DNA of 54,540 nucleotides from Oligoflexaceae bacterium (GCA_947454545.1 CANGNB010000001.1:1-54540); one strand, 5' to 3'. Positions 18,393 through 27,237 are shown, counted from the stretch's first letter. Translations and numbers: made by a program. The notes: generated by a model from the sequence alone, not told the origin.

Positions 18393-19601
18393 CTACGAAG
18401 CTGTCTTTTCCCATTTTTTAATTTGTTCCGTGACCTGTTCAAGAGCGTGTTGGGCCTTGTCAAAATCGCTTTTTAGACGCAACGACTGAGAAAGATAGTC
18501 ACGCGCCAACTTATAATGATCAGCATTCTTAAATGACGTGTGAGACAGAGCCAAGTTGAAGAGAATTCGGTAATTTTCCTTGGACTGAGGAAAATACCGA
18601 AGGGCGCGTTCATACTCACGAATAGCCTCTTCGACTTTCTCAGATTTTGCCAGAGCCACCCCTTTATTGTTATAATGGCGCACCACTTCCCGGGGGTCGG
18701 AAGTTTCTTTACACAGGCGAATGGCATGATCGTCAAAACCATGCTCGTACAAGCGGGAAAACATGTCGAATTTTACCTCTGGTTGATCCGCATGCAGCTG
18801 AATCATTTCCCGCATTTTTTCAACAGCTTTATCCGGATTTTTGGCCAAAAGATAAGCACTGGCCATATCATTGATCCGATCGATATTTTGAGGTGCTTCC
18901 TTGTCAGCTTCCTCCATAATCTTCAATGCTTCTTGATGCCTTCCCAACTTTAAGAGTAAACGGCCTTTGTGATTTAACGCCGGCAAATACTTGGGACTCT
19001 CTTGGAGCATGCCTTCCACAGCTGCCAATGCTTGTGGATATTCATGAGCTTGTTCATAAAGCTCACGCAAGAGATCGTAGCCCTTGAGCCCTAATTTTTT
19101 AATATTAGCCTGCACGAAAATCTTAGCTTCGGCATAGGTCTCCTGCGAAGACGCCAAATTCCTTGCCTGTTTGACGATCTCCGTGTAGCGCAACTTTTGA
19201 TTGCGACGCAGATATGCTTTTTGCAGGAGGCTAGTGAGTTGCGCTGGATTGATGGGCTTGGCTATAACATCGATATCTTCGAGCTCTTCCATGAGTTTTT
19301 TTTCTGTAGCTTCTAGCTTACGCCGATTGCCTAAAACCAAAATAAAACCTGTCGCTTTCTTGTCTAAATTTTCCGAGCTTCGCCACCTTTGAATAAGAAC
19401 AAGCGCCGGCAGCTCGGCAAAATCAATATCAATAAGCACTACAGGGTAAATATTTTGTTGAAAAAGATAGAGAGCCGTACTCAGATCTGGTGCTGGTTCC
19501 GTGCGAATCTTCATATTTTCAAGGGGGCGTTTAAGCTGAGTAACAATCGACTTATCCGCATCAACCATCAAAATTTTGTTGGGTAACTCTTGATCCTGCA
19601 T
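18393..19601 (-). CDS. Receiver-domain plus TPR protein (no DNA-binding output)
   Basis: KILMVDAD...VVLIDID...AKP receiver fold followed by multiple TPRs (YNNKGVALAK...EAIREYERAL). ATG at 19601 after GGAGGGG. Confidence 0.8.
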   Translation of the reverse strand: MQDQELPNKILMVDADKSIVTQLKRPLENMKIRTEPAPDLSTALYLFQQNIYPVVLIDIDFAELPALVLIQRWRSSENLDKKATGFILVLGNRRKLEATEKKLMEELEDIDVIAKPINPAQLTSLLQKAYLRRNQKLRYTEIVKQARNLASSQETYAEAKIFVQANIKKLGLKGYDLLRELYEQAHEYPQALAAVEGMLQESPKYLPALNHKGRLLLKLGRHQEALKIMEEADKEAPQNIDRINDMASAYLLAKNPDKAVEKMREMIQLHADQPEVKFDMFSRLYEHGFDDHAIRLCKETSDPREVVRHYNNKGVALAKSEKVEEAIREYERALRYFPQSKENYRILFNLALSHTSFKNADHYKLARDYLSQSLRLKSDFDKAQHALEQVTEQIKKWEKTAS

Positions 19602-19744
19602 TTCCCCTCCAAGATCACTGAAGCCAAACTTTGACAGAAAGAAAATATCCACATTTCTCTCCCCAAAGCAGCTCACTCAAGTGTATCATGAGGCTCCGTA
19701 GGTTATCTAAGAATTCAAACTTTGGGATACGGAGGAATACCCCC

Positions 19745-20815
19745 TTGAAGATTGGACTATGCACAGGTGGTGGGGATTGCCCAGGACTCAATAGTGTGAT
19801 TCGCGCGATTGTCCGCTACGCAGTGGGCTCCCTCGGGCATGAGGTCATAGGCATTGAGGACAGCTTCAATGGATTGCTGTCGGACCCTCGTCGCATCCGC
19901 CCTCTGACGCCCCATGATGTTTCGGGGATACTCAATCGAGGGGGGACAATTCTTGGAACAAGCAATACAGGGAGCCCCTTTAAGCGCCGAAAGCCTGAGG
20001 ACCCTGATCCCGAAGAAAAAATTCAGAAAGTAGTAAGTTCCTTCCGAGACCTGGGATTGGATTGCTTGATAGTGATTGGGGGGGATGGAACCCAGGGCAT
20101 TGCCTATCAATTCAGTAAGCTTGGCCTCCCCATCATAGGCATTCCCAAGACAATCGATAATGACCTCACCCAAGCAGATGTGACAGTTGGCTTTGAAACA
20201 GCTATTGAGGTGGCCAGTGATGCAATTTTGCGCCTCCAGTCCACAGCTGAGTCCCACGAACGCATCATGGTCCTAGAACTTATGGGGCGCCATGCTGGCC
20301 ATATAGCCTTGCATAGTGGTATGGCCAGTGGAGCTCATATCATCCTAGTTCCAGAGATCCCATTCACCTATGAGTCCATCATTCGGAAAATCCAAGAGCG
20401 ACAGAGTCATGACAAGCACTATAGCGTCATTGTGGTTGCTGAAGGCGCTATGGAAAAGGGCGCTGAACCGACCTATAGGCCGTCCTCTTCCGGAAAGCTC
20501 CAGTTGGGTGGCATTGGCACAGTGGTGGCTGATAGATTGTACCAGATGACAGGAATGGAAACTCGAATCACAGTTCTCGGCCACATTCAGCGTGGTGGTC
20601 AGCCCTGCCCAAGAGATAGGATCTTGGGATCGCTCTATGGCGTGAAAGCTGTCGAGTTGGCCATATCAGGTCAATTTGGTCATGTGGTCGTGATGCGCGA
20701 TCACAAGATGAAGGCTGTGCCTTACGAGGCGGTCGCCAACACATTTCGCCCCATTGCAGCTGACGATATGTATCTGAAAGCAGCTGAGGCTATTGGTGTG
20801 TGTTTAGGTCGCTAA
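19745..20815 (+). CDS. pfkA: 6-phosphofructokinase (group III type, probably ATP-dependent)
   Basis: TGGGDCPGLN, GGTILGT, IGGDGT, PKTIDND, ELMGR.AG and LGHIQRGG. TTG start at 19745 after GGAGGA. Confidence 0.95.
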   Translation: MKIGLCTGGGDCPGLNSVIRAIVRYAVGSLGHEVIGIEDSFNGLLSDPRRIRPLTPHDVSGILNRGGTILGTSNTGSPFKRRKPEDPDPEEKIQKVVSSFRDLGLDCLIVIGGDGTQGIAYQFSKLGLPIIGIPKTIDNDLTQADVTVGFETAIEVASDAILRLQSTAESHERIMVLELMGRHAGHIALHSGMASGAHIILVPEIPFTYESIIRKIQERQSHDKHYSVIVVAEGAMEKGAEPTYRPSSSGKLQLGGIGTVVADRLYQMTGMETRITVLGHIQRGGQPCPRDRILGSLYGVKAVELAISGQFGHVVVMRDHKMKAVPYEAVANTFRPIAADDMYLKAAEAIGVCLGR

Positions 20816-20829
20816 GGGTCCCCAATAGC

Positions 20830-20865
20830 AAAACCCCAAGACACACAATGGAGTCTTGGGGTTTT
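20830..20865. terminator. Bidirectional intrinsic terminator
   Basis: aaaaccccaagac-N10-gtcttggggtttt, with a U-tract on both strands, between convergent pfkA and the 44-aa gene. Confidence 0.85.
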
Positions 20866-20913
20866 TGCAGAGCTTCAAAGACGAGAACGGCCAAAAAGTC
20901 CGTTCTACGCTTG

Positions 20914-21048
20914 TTATCTCACTTTTCCACCGCGTTTTCCATGAGGGGAAGCGCTGCGGCGACGGAGGACGCGCAGTTTCTTCTGAGCGCGAAGACGCGC
21001 GGTTTTACGACGCTTACGAGCTGGTCTGTTTTTGCGAACGATCGACAT
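20914..21048 (-). CDS. 44-aa extremely basic small protein (candidate ribosomal or RNA-binding protein)
   Basis: MSIVRKNRPARKRRKTARLRAQKKLRVLRRRSASPHGKRGGKVR. RBS GGAG 8 nt before the ATG, 11 of 13 Arg codons are CGT/CGC, with a promoter upstream and a terminator downstream. Confidence 0.75.
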   Translation of the reverse strand: MSIVRKNRPARKRRKTARLRAQKKLRVLRRRSASPHGKRGGKVR

Positions 21049-21156
21049 AGCTATATCTCCAGTGATGTCTTCGACATGTGCTGACTTAGAGTGCGAGAGC
21101 CTAGAGCGAGTCTTCTGCTGGTCGCCCACGCATATTGACCCCAATAAGAGACAGCG

Positions 21157-21185
21157 AGACTAAGGCGGAAAGTCCGTCAAGTCAA
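21157..21185 (-). promoter_or_regulatory. sigma70-type promoter for the 44-aa gene
   Basis: Minus strand TTGACT-N17-TAGTCT followed by GC-rich CGCTGTC. Confidence 0.6.
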
Positions 21186-21192
21186 GAGCTTT

Positions 21193-21220
21193 TTGACAAG
21201 CTGGAAAAACCTGATACAAT
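21193..21220 (+). promoter_or_regulatory. sigma70-type promoter for the GNAT gene
   Basis: TTGACA-N16-TACAAT with an extended -10 TGn, back-to-back with the minus-strand promoter. Confidence 0.65.
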
Positions 21221-21324
21221 GCCGAACAGCTTAGCAAACTCATATTTTTGTCCCCAGATCTGCCGTTTTCACACGGCACCGACGCCCATCGGAACGATCT
21301 GAATAACTCGAGGAAACGTTCGTC

Positions 21325-21900
21325 ATGGATACGTCCCAAACTGCATTGGAAAGTCTGCCTCTAGACTTTTCTGCCATCGAGCTCACTCACAGCTTCCGAC
21401 TTGAACATCTTCACCCCAGAGATGAAGAGCCCGTCGTAGACATGATCAAACGCACTCTCATGAAATTTTCCGATGAAGGCCAGGTTCTAGCCAGTACTGT
21501 GCGACGACTGCCTCGCTTTCACGAAAGCTATCAGCGACATGGTGCAAGCTATCTCGTCATCAAGGACGGGGCTGCTCGCTCCCTATTAGGTGGGGTTGGC
21601 ATACTTCCCTTTGCGGGACTTGATCCTTCTGAAGGCATAGCTGAAATTCGAGAGCTTGTGGTCGACACGCCATTCAGAGGCCTTGGTCTTGGCCGCAAGC
21701 TCATTGAAATGGCCATACGGAAGGCTGCAGCCATGGGCTATAAGCGTATTTATCTGGAGGCCACCTCCCAGATGAAACATGCCCAAGCCCTATTTCAGCG
21801 CTCTGGATTCCGACCTATCGACTCACCGAAAGACTCGAAAACACAAAACTCAGACTTCCCATGCTATTTCGTCTTGGAAAGTCTTGCTTTGGACGTTTAG
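21325..21900 (+). CDS. GNAT family N-acetyltransferase
   Basis: AEIRELVV..PFRGLGLGRKL acetyl-CoA motif, IYLEA...M..A..LF...GF. Confidence 0.9.
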   Translation: MDTSQTALESLPLDFSAIELTHSFRLEHLHPRDEEPVVDMIKRTLMKFSDEGQVLASTVRRLPRFHESYQRHGASYLVIKDGAARSLLGGVGILPFAGLDPSEGIAEIRELVVDTPFRGLGLGRKLIEMAIRKAAAMGYKRIYLEATSQMKHAQALFQRSGFRPIDSPKDSKTQNSDFPCYFVLESLALDV

Positions 21901-22484
21901 AGCCTGACGCGAGCTCCCAAAGCCAAGGTTGGGACGTTGTACTGAACCCCATGGTCGCCCAAATCTGCAAACTTGAGCTGAAGCGAACGCCAGCTGAAGC
22001 CTGCGCTTACATCAATAGTATCGGTTGCTGGAAAGACAGCATCCCAACCGACGAGGGTCACTAAGCCGGTGTCATGAGCTCCCTTGAAACTTGCTTGGGC
22101 GATACCTACACCAACGCGAAAAACTCCAAAGGCGTGATCACCCAGACTGTAGCCGTAACCTGCCTTAGCAACTGCTGAAAGATCGAGACTCACAGTGGCA
22201 TCGATATTCTTGTCCTTGTTTTCGAAACTTAGGGAGCCCTTGCCAAGTTCTACACCCAATTCGATGCGATTCCAGGTATCGCGCTTTAGGCCGACACCAA
22301 GATCCAACGAACCAAGCCATGCTGGACCAGGAGACGACGCTCCGCTCGAGCTAGCCTGGCCAATCTGAAAGAGGCCACCGACATAAGGACCTCCTACATT
22401 CTTATCTACTGGCTCGGACTGAGCGAGAGCGCTTGCAGAAGTCAAGATGCTTAAGGAACCCACAATCACCCGGAAATACTTCAT
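21897..22484 (-). CDS. Small outer-membrane beta-barrel protein (probably 8-stranded)
   Basis: Signal peptide ending ALA, alternating amphipathic strands, C-terminal LALGARVRL strand. Confidence 0.7.
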   Translation of the reverse strand: MKYFRVIVGSLSILTSASALAQSEPVDKNVGGPYVGGLFQIGQASSSGASSPGPAWLGSLDLGVGLKRDTWNRIELGVELGKGSLSFENKDKNIDATVSLDLSAVAKAGYGYSLGDHAFGVFRVGVGIAQASFKGAHDTGLVTLVGWDAVFPATDTIDVSAGFSWRSLQLKFADLGDHGVQYNVPTLALGARVRL

Positions 22485-22577
22485 AGTTTTCTCCTTGCCG
22501 CAGGACCAATGCTTGATCCCTGTCTATGCCCAGACTACACAGAACCGAGCGGATACCGCAAACTATTTGGAATGACC

Positions 22578-22606
22578 TTGCCAAGCAGCTCGTTTTCCTC
22601 TAGTCT
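22578..22606 (+). promoter_or_regulatory. sigma70-type promoter for the 54-aa gene
   Basis: TTGCCA-N17-TAGTCT followed by C-rich CCCTCGA. Confidence 0.55.
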
Positions 22607-22653
22607 CCCTCGACCTAATAGACTTAGGCAGACCCAGTCACGAGGTATGGACA

Positions 22654-22818
22654 ATGGCATCACCAACCAAAAAGTCAAAAGTTCGTCGCGCAATCAACAA
22701 AGCTCGCGCAGGCAAAAAGCGTAAAAATAAAACCCGCATTCTTGGCTCTACACCAGCCAGCTTGCCGCTCACTATGCCGAACGCTCACGAGCTTGCTCAA
22801 GCCGCCAAAAAAGCCTAA
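22654..22818 (+). CDS. 54-aa basic small protein (below the ORF-track cutoff; candidate ribosomal or RNA-binding protein)
   Basis: MASPTKKSKVRRAINKARAGKKRKNKTRILGSTPASLPLTMPNAHELAQAAKKA. RBS GAGGT 7 nt upstream, all Arg codons CGT/CGC, and hairpins with a U-tract downstream. Confidence 0.75.
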   Translation: MASPTKKSKVRRAINKARAGKKRKNKTRILGSTPASLPLTMPNAHELAQAAKKA

Positions 22819-23056
22819 GGCTCTTTAGGGCCGCTCGGTATCACCGCAGCGGCTGGCACGAGACACCAAACCTGTCCGACATTCACGTGTCGTTCGGGTT
22901 TTGTTCTTTTTTCAAAGAACTTCTCATCTGCAAGCACCCCCTCACAAATCGATAAAGGAACGTTAAACTTCCCCTTTATCGTCAGCCGTAAGCTTCGTAT
23001 AGTGTTGCAGTTATCACATACGATCCGCACATGCTTAGGGTAAGAGGTTCTCTCAC

Positions 23057-24265
23057 ATGGTCACACACGACCTTCAGGTCCAAGCTGTCTCCAATTCCCT
23101 TGCGGGCTGGAATCTCGATCTCGTAGTTTCAGGCTCAATCGGCGCTGTCGAAAGCGTTAGATTTATTCGGGCACTTCGCCGCTTAGGTGCTGAAGTTTAC
23201 CCGACAATGACGCAAGCAGCGGGGATGTTCACCACACCAACCGCTTTATCATGGGCCGCAGCAAGACCCGTGACACAAAATTTTGATGGAAGCGCATCGC
23301 ATATTGCCTTGAGAGACGCATGTATCGTAGCTCCAGCTTCAGCGAACATGATCTCAAAAGTAGCGCAAGGCATAACAGACAGCCCAGCGACGGCACTCAT
23401 TGCCTCTTACTTAGGCCAAAAAAAGCCTGTATTCTTCGTTCCCAATATGCACGATAGCCTGCTTCACTCCCCTCTCATTGCCAGCAACTGGGAGCGTCTC
23501 AAAAGCTTCGTCCACGCCCTAGAACCAAGAGTTGAGGAAGGCAAACAAAAATTCCCAGACCCCGCGACTCTTGCAGATGAAGTCTCTCACCGTTTACGAT
23601 TTCGCAAAGACAGCAATCGTATCATGCTCACTATGGGGACAACTCGAGGCTATATTGATAGCGTTCGCTATGTTTCGAACTATTCTTCTGGAGCCTTGGG
23701 TTCACGTATTGCAGAAGAATTTTACCGAAATGGTTTTGCCATCCATGTCATCTCAGGGCCCAGCCCGATTCAACCGCGAGTCTTCAGCCAAAAAACAGTC
23801 ACAGAAACTCACGAGGAAATGGCTGAAGCTGTTACCAAAGCAAGCGTCACTGATCTTTCTGGAGCCATTTTTGCTGCTTCTGTTCTCGATTTTGTTCCAA
23901 CACAAAGGATTGCACGCAAAATTCGCTCTTCTGAAGAGCTCGCCGTACAGTTCACTAAAACGTCGAAAATCATAAGTATCTTACCGCAGCCCTTGCCCTT
24001 TAAAGTTGGTTTTAAGCTCGAATCAGAGCTCACGACTGATAGTCCTGGAATTGCTCGCGACTATCTCCAGCGATACCAGCTTTCCCATCTGATCCTCAAT
24101 GAGCAAGGTGCCGTCACTGAGTCGACACACAAAGCCTATGCTTATACGAACAGAGCTTCTGAACCCTCTCTTCTTGAGAGTAAAGAATTGATTGCGCGGT
24201 ACCTTGTACAGGAAGCCGAGAGAGCATGCCGTAAGAATCTTAGTATTGAGTGTGAAACTAACTGA
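23057..24265 (+). CDS. coaBC: Bifunctional phosphopantothenoylcysteine decarboxylase/synthetase
   Basis: HFCD flavoprotein domain (SGSIGA, HI.L, VAPASANMISK.A.GI.D, PNMH) and CoaB domain (G.T...ID.VRYVSN.SSG..G, AASV.DF, VGFKLE). Confidence 0.92.
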   Translation: MVTHDLQVQAVSNSLAGWNLDLVVSGSIGAVESVRFIRALRRLGAEVYPTMTQAAGMFTTPTALSWAAARPVTQNFDGSASHIALRDACIVAPASANMISKVAQGITDSPATALIASYLGQKKPVFFVPNMHDSLLHSPLIASNWERLKSFVHALEPRVEEGKQKFPDPATLADEVSHRLRFRKDSNRIMLTMGTTRGYIDSVRYVSNYSSGALGSRIAEEFYRNGFAIHVISGPSPIQPRVFSQKTVTETHEEMAEAVTKASVTDLSGAIFAASVLDFVPTQRIARKIRSSEELAVQFTKTSKIISILPQPLPFKVGFKLESELTTDSPGIARDYLQRYQLSHLILNEQGAVTESTHKAYAYTNRASEPSLLESKELIARYLVQEAERACRKNLSIECETN

Positions 24266-24281
24266 GGATTTGAGGAAACAC

Positions 24282-25079
24282 ATGAAATTTATTCGAGCTA
24301 TAGTTTTTTGGTTCAATTTTGTTGTGTTCACCTGCATCCTCTACGCTCTCCTTTTACTCGTCGTTCTGTTCCACGAACTCTTCGCAAAAGACAAGCGCTC
24401 CGAGGGTGCCCACTGGGTCGCTACAGTCTGGGGAAGAACTCTCATGGCTTTAGCTCCAGGTTGGAAAGCTAGGGTTCACGGGCTCGAGCACTTACCGACT
24501 CCACGCAAAGATCCTCCGGTTGTGATGGTTGCCAATCATCAAAGCGGCGCTGATATTTGGGCCTTGTATCTGACCGGAGCGCAATTTCGTTGGCTTTCGA
24601 AGGCAGAAGTCTTCAAACTCCCACTCATTGGATCAGCCATGCGCTGGGCAGGTTATGTTCCCATTCATCGCGGCGATCGCGGCAGTCATGGTGCAGCCTT
24701 GCGAGCGAGCGGAGAGTGGATCAAACGCGGTATTAGCATGGTATTTTTCCCAGAAGGGACTCGCTCAGAAGACGGGAATCTAAAGGAATTCAAGCCTGGA
24801 GCATTTCGTCTGGCCTACGAGCATAAAGTAGCCATTCAACCGATCATCATTCGGGGCACCCGCCACATGATGCACAAAAAATCTTTGATGCCCATGCCTG
24901 CGCAGCTCGAGGTCGAAGTGTTGCCACCGGTTTTCCCTGGAGAAGCAGAAAGTATTGAAGATTTTACACAACGCATCCATGGCCTCTTCCAAGAACGTCT
25001 TCAAGAAAAAATGCAGACTCTTGAAAAAGCCAGCCCTGACCCCTTACAAGGCTTAACTCAAAACTTAGAGCTTAATTGA
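24282..25079 (+). CDS. plsC: 1-acyl-sn-glycerol-3-phosphate acyltransferase
   Basis: NHQS..D catalytic motif, FPEGTRS and FK.GAF. ATG at 24282 after GAGGA. Confidence 0.92.
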   Translation: MKFIRAIVFWFNFVVFTCILYALLLLVVLFHELFAKDKRSEGAHWVATVWGRTLMALAPGWKARVHGLEHLPTPRKDPPVVMVANHQSGADIWALYLTGAQFRWLSKAEVFKLPLIGSAMRWAGYVPIHRGDRGSHGAALRASGEWIKRGISMVFFPEGTRSEDGNLKEFKPGAFRLAYEHKVAIQPIIIRGTRHMMHKKSLMPMPAQLEVEVLPPVFPGEAESIEDFTQRIHGLFQERLQEKMQTLEKASPDPLQGLTQNLELN

Positions 25080-25105
25080 AAAAGCTCTCCCTTGAAGGGG
25101 AGAGC
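25078..25105 (-). terminator. Intrinsic terminator (flgE side, possibly bidirectional)
   Basis: gctctccct-tgaa-ggggagagc stem with a T-tract on the minus strand. Confidence 0.7.
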
Positions 25106-25136
25106 CTAGTTGATTTCCAAGGGATTTTACTGCTTA

Positions 25137-26456
25137 TTAACGTTTCATATTCACAACTTCTTCAATCATGCTGTCTGTGGTTGTAATCGAGCGAGAGTTT
25201 GCCTGAAAGCCCCTCTGACTTCGAATCATTTCCACAAATTGCTGAGCCATGTCCACGTTGGATTCCTCTAATGACGAAGCATAGATGGATCCACGGACTC
25301 CAGTTTGAGGGAGACCGATCCTCGGTGAACCCGAATCGAGCGTCGCGAAGAATTGGTTTCGACCTGCTTTCATCAATCCATCGGTATTTTCGAAACTTGC
25401 CAGTGCCAAGCCACCCAGAAGTTTCTCGATACCGTTGGTATAAAGACCTTTAACTTTTCCATCTAAATCAATTTTTATCGATTTAATGTTACCTGATTCA
25501 TAACCATTCTGACTGTGGAAGACCGTAATGGACTGGGCTGCTGTAGAGGTCGAAGCCCCCACACCATTGCCACCTTCCGTAGAGATATTCTTTCCAAAAT
25601 CGAGTTCTATTTTCTGGTCCGCGACTGCCCCTCGGGTGAAGTTCACACTAAAATCTTTGGTTTCTTCACTTAAGAGGTTACCCTTGCTATCAAAGCGTAC
25701 AGTGCCGCTTCCGACTTGTTTGATGGGAGCTCCATCCGCGTCAGTGACTTCTTTGCCATCGACGGTTGCAAACCAATTCCACGAAATTCCGTCTTTGTCA
25801 TCAGCGCGTCGGAAATATGTGGTCAAGGGATGTTTGTTCCCGTGACTATCAAAGACGTTCACTGTCGTTACAAAGTCAGAGGTCTCTACCGGATTATTGA
25901 TATCGAACTCTCCCTCTCGAACTTCCACTCGAGAATCTAAGTTCAAATTCATGAGGACCTTATTCGTTCCCTGAGGAGGAATGTTATTGGTCGCCAATCG
26001 GACATCACCCAGCTGAGGTGATAGCACGCCTTTATTATCGGCTGTATAGCCCTGGAGATGGCCCCCCGTCGGATCCGAAAGATAACCGTCTTTATCAAAA
26101 TGGAAGGCTCCCACACGGGTAAAAAACTGGCCTCCCGCTTCTTGTTTTTCTCCCTTAGGATTAGAAACAACAAAAAAGCCATTTCCCTGAACAGCTAAGT
26201 CCGTAAGACGATCGGTAACAGACAGACCACCCTGAGTGTGAATCGTTCTCACATTGCTGAGGCGTGCACCGCGTCCTAATTGAGCTGTACCCGAAGCACC
26301 TCCAAGATCAACCGAAAGGAGATCATCAAATTCCACACGATCGTACTTGAAGCCCTTTGCATTCGCGTTGGCCAAATTGTTAGCCACAACTGACATACTA
26401 TCAGACATGACGGACAATCCAGTCACTCCCGTGTACAGCGCCTGAGAAATCGGCAT
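25137..26456 (-). CDS. flgE: Flagellar hook protein
   Basis: ALYTGVTGL...V.ANNLANAN..GFK, DLAVQGNGFF, FTRVGAF.FD.DGYL and LEESNVDMAQQFV.MI..QRGFQAN. ATG at 26456. Confidence 0.95.
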   Translation of the reverse strand: MPISQALYTGVTGLSVMSDSMSVVANNLANANAKGFKYDRVEFDDLLSVDLGGASGTAQLGRGARLSNVRTIHTQGGLSVTDRLTDLAVQGNGFFVVSNPKGEKQEAGGQFFTRVGAFHFDKDGYLSDPTGGHLQGYTADNKGVLSPQLGDVRLATNNIPPQGTNKVLMNLNLDSRVEVREGEFDINNPVETSDFVTTVNVFDSHGNKHPLTTYFRRADDKDGISWNWFATVDGKEVTDADGAPIKQVGSGTVRFDSKGNLLSEETKDFSVNFTRGAVADQKIELDFGKNISTEGGNGVGASTSTAAQSITVFHSQNGYESGNIKSIKIDLDGKVKGLYTNGIEKLLGGLALASFENTDGLMKAGRNQFFATLDSGSPRIGLPQTGVRGSIYASSLEESNVDMAQQFVEMIRSQRGFQANSRSITTTDSMIEEVVNMKR

Positions 26457-26670
26457 AAAACCCCCTAAAAAAAGGCCCAACATCTTGAAGCAAAGATATT
26501 GATCTTTTTTGAGAGTAACACGCTCACTTGGCTCGCGAAGAATGTTGAGAAAATGCCGCAGTGTTCGGGCGCTAGGCAGACTTCGTCAGGCAAAAAAGTC
26601 TTTACTGACACGAGGGAAGGAGAGAGAGGATCGAACACCTCTCTTCTGCAGATCACAAAAGTCTACTATC

Positions 26671-27186
26671 TTACGCCATGTTACGGAGTTTGCTCGGATT
26701 GACTTGGGGAGAGTTAGCCTCCGCCGACAACGGAACCTTCGCCGCAGACTGCCCATTCACTTCAACCCATTTACGATACTCTTCGGGCTGAAGGGACGGG
26801 GACGGAACTCCATCAGGTCTAGGGTTCTCGACGACATCTTGCCAAGCAACGTACAGAGTTCTCAAGAGATTTTCGACATTTCTGAGACACTCTGGGTCGT
26901 TCTTGATATTGCCCTCAATGAGCTTATCAATCATGAATACGTAGAGATTCTCGAGATCGATAGCGAGCTGCCCACCAACCTTAAAATCTAGGGTTGCCAT
27001 GAGCTCAGAAATAATCGCTGTAGCTTTGCTGATATATTTGCCTTTTTCCGCTATCTTCTTAGCTTCCATGGCTATAATTGCTTGCTTTGTAAAACGGATG
27101 GCTCCTTCATATAGCATCAGAAGGATCTTGCCACGGCTCGCCGTAGTGATCTGGGTTTTCTGGTAATTCTTGTAGGGATTGTTCAT
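26671..27186 (-). CDS. fliS: Flagellin export chaperone FliS with a C-terminal extension
   Basis: Y..TQITTAS..KILLMLYEGAIRF, AII.EL..TLD...GG.LA..L..LY.FM and L..AW. Confidence 0.95.
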   Translation of the reverse strand: MNNPYKNYQKTQITTASRGKILLMLYEGAIRFTKQAIIAMEAKKIAEKGKYISKATAIISELMATLDFKVGGQLAIDLENLYVFMIDKLIEGNIKNDPECLRNVENLLRTLYVAWQDVVENPRPDGVPSPSLQPEEYRKWVEVNGQSAAKVPLSAEANSPQVNPSKLRNMA

Positions 27187-27237
27187 CTTGAATCATCTCC
27201 TTACTTTTACCGTCCCAGGGCCATCCTCAGTGGCCGG

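Noticed and set aside
22815-23030. 71-aa minus-strand ORF starting MRIVCDNCNT, resembling a zinc-ribbon N-terminus
   Set aside because: It has a GTG start with no RBS and no second CxxC pair, and it runs through hairpin-rich DNA and the presumed coaBC promoter region. Probably chance.
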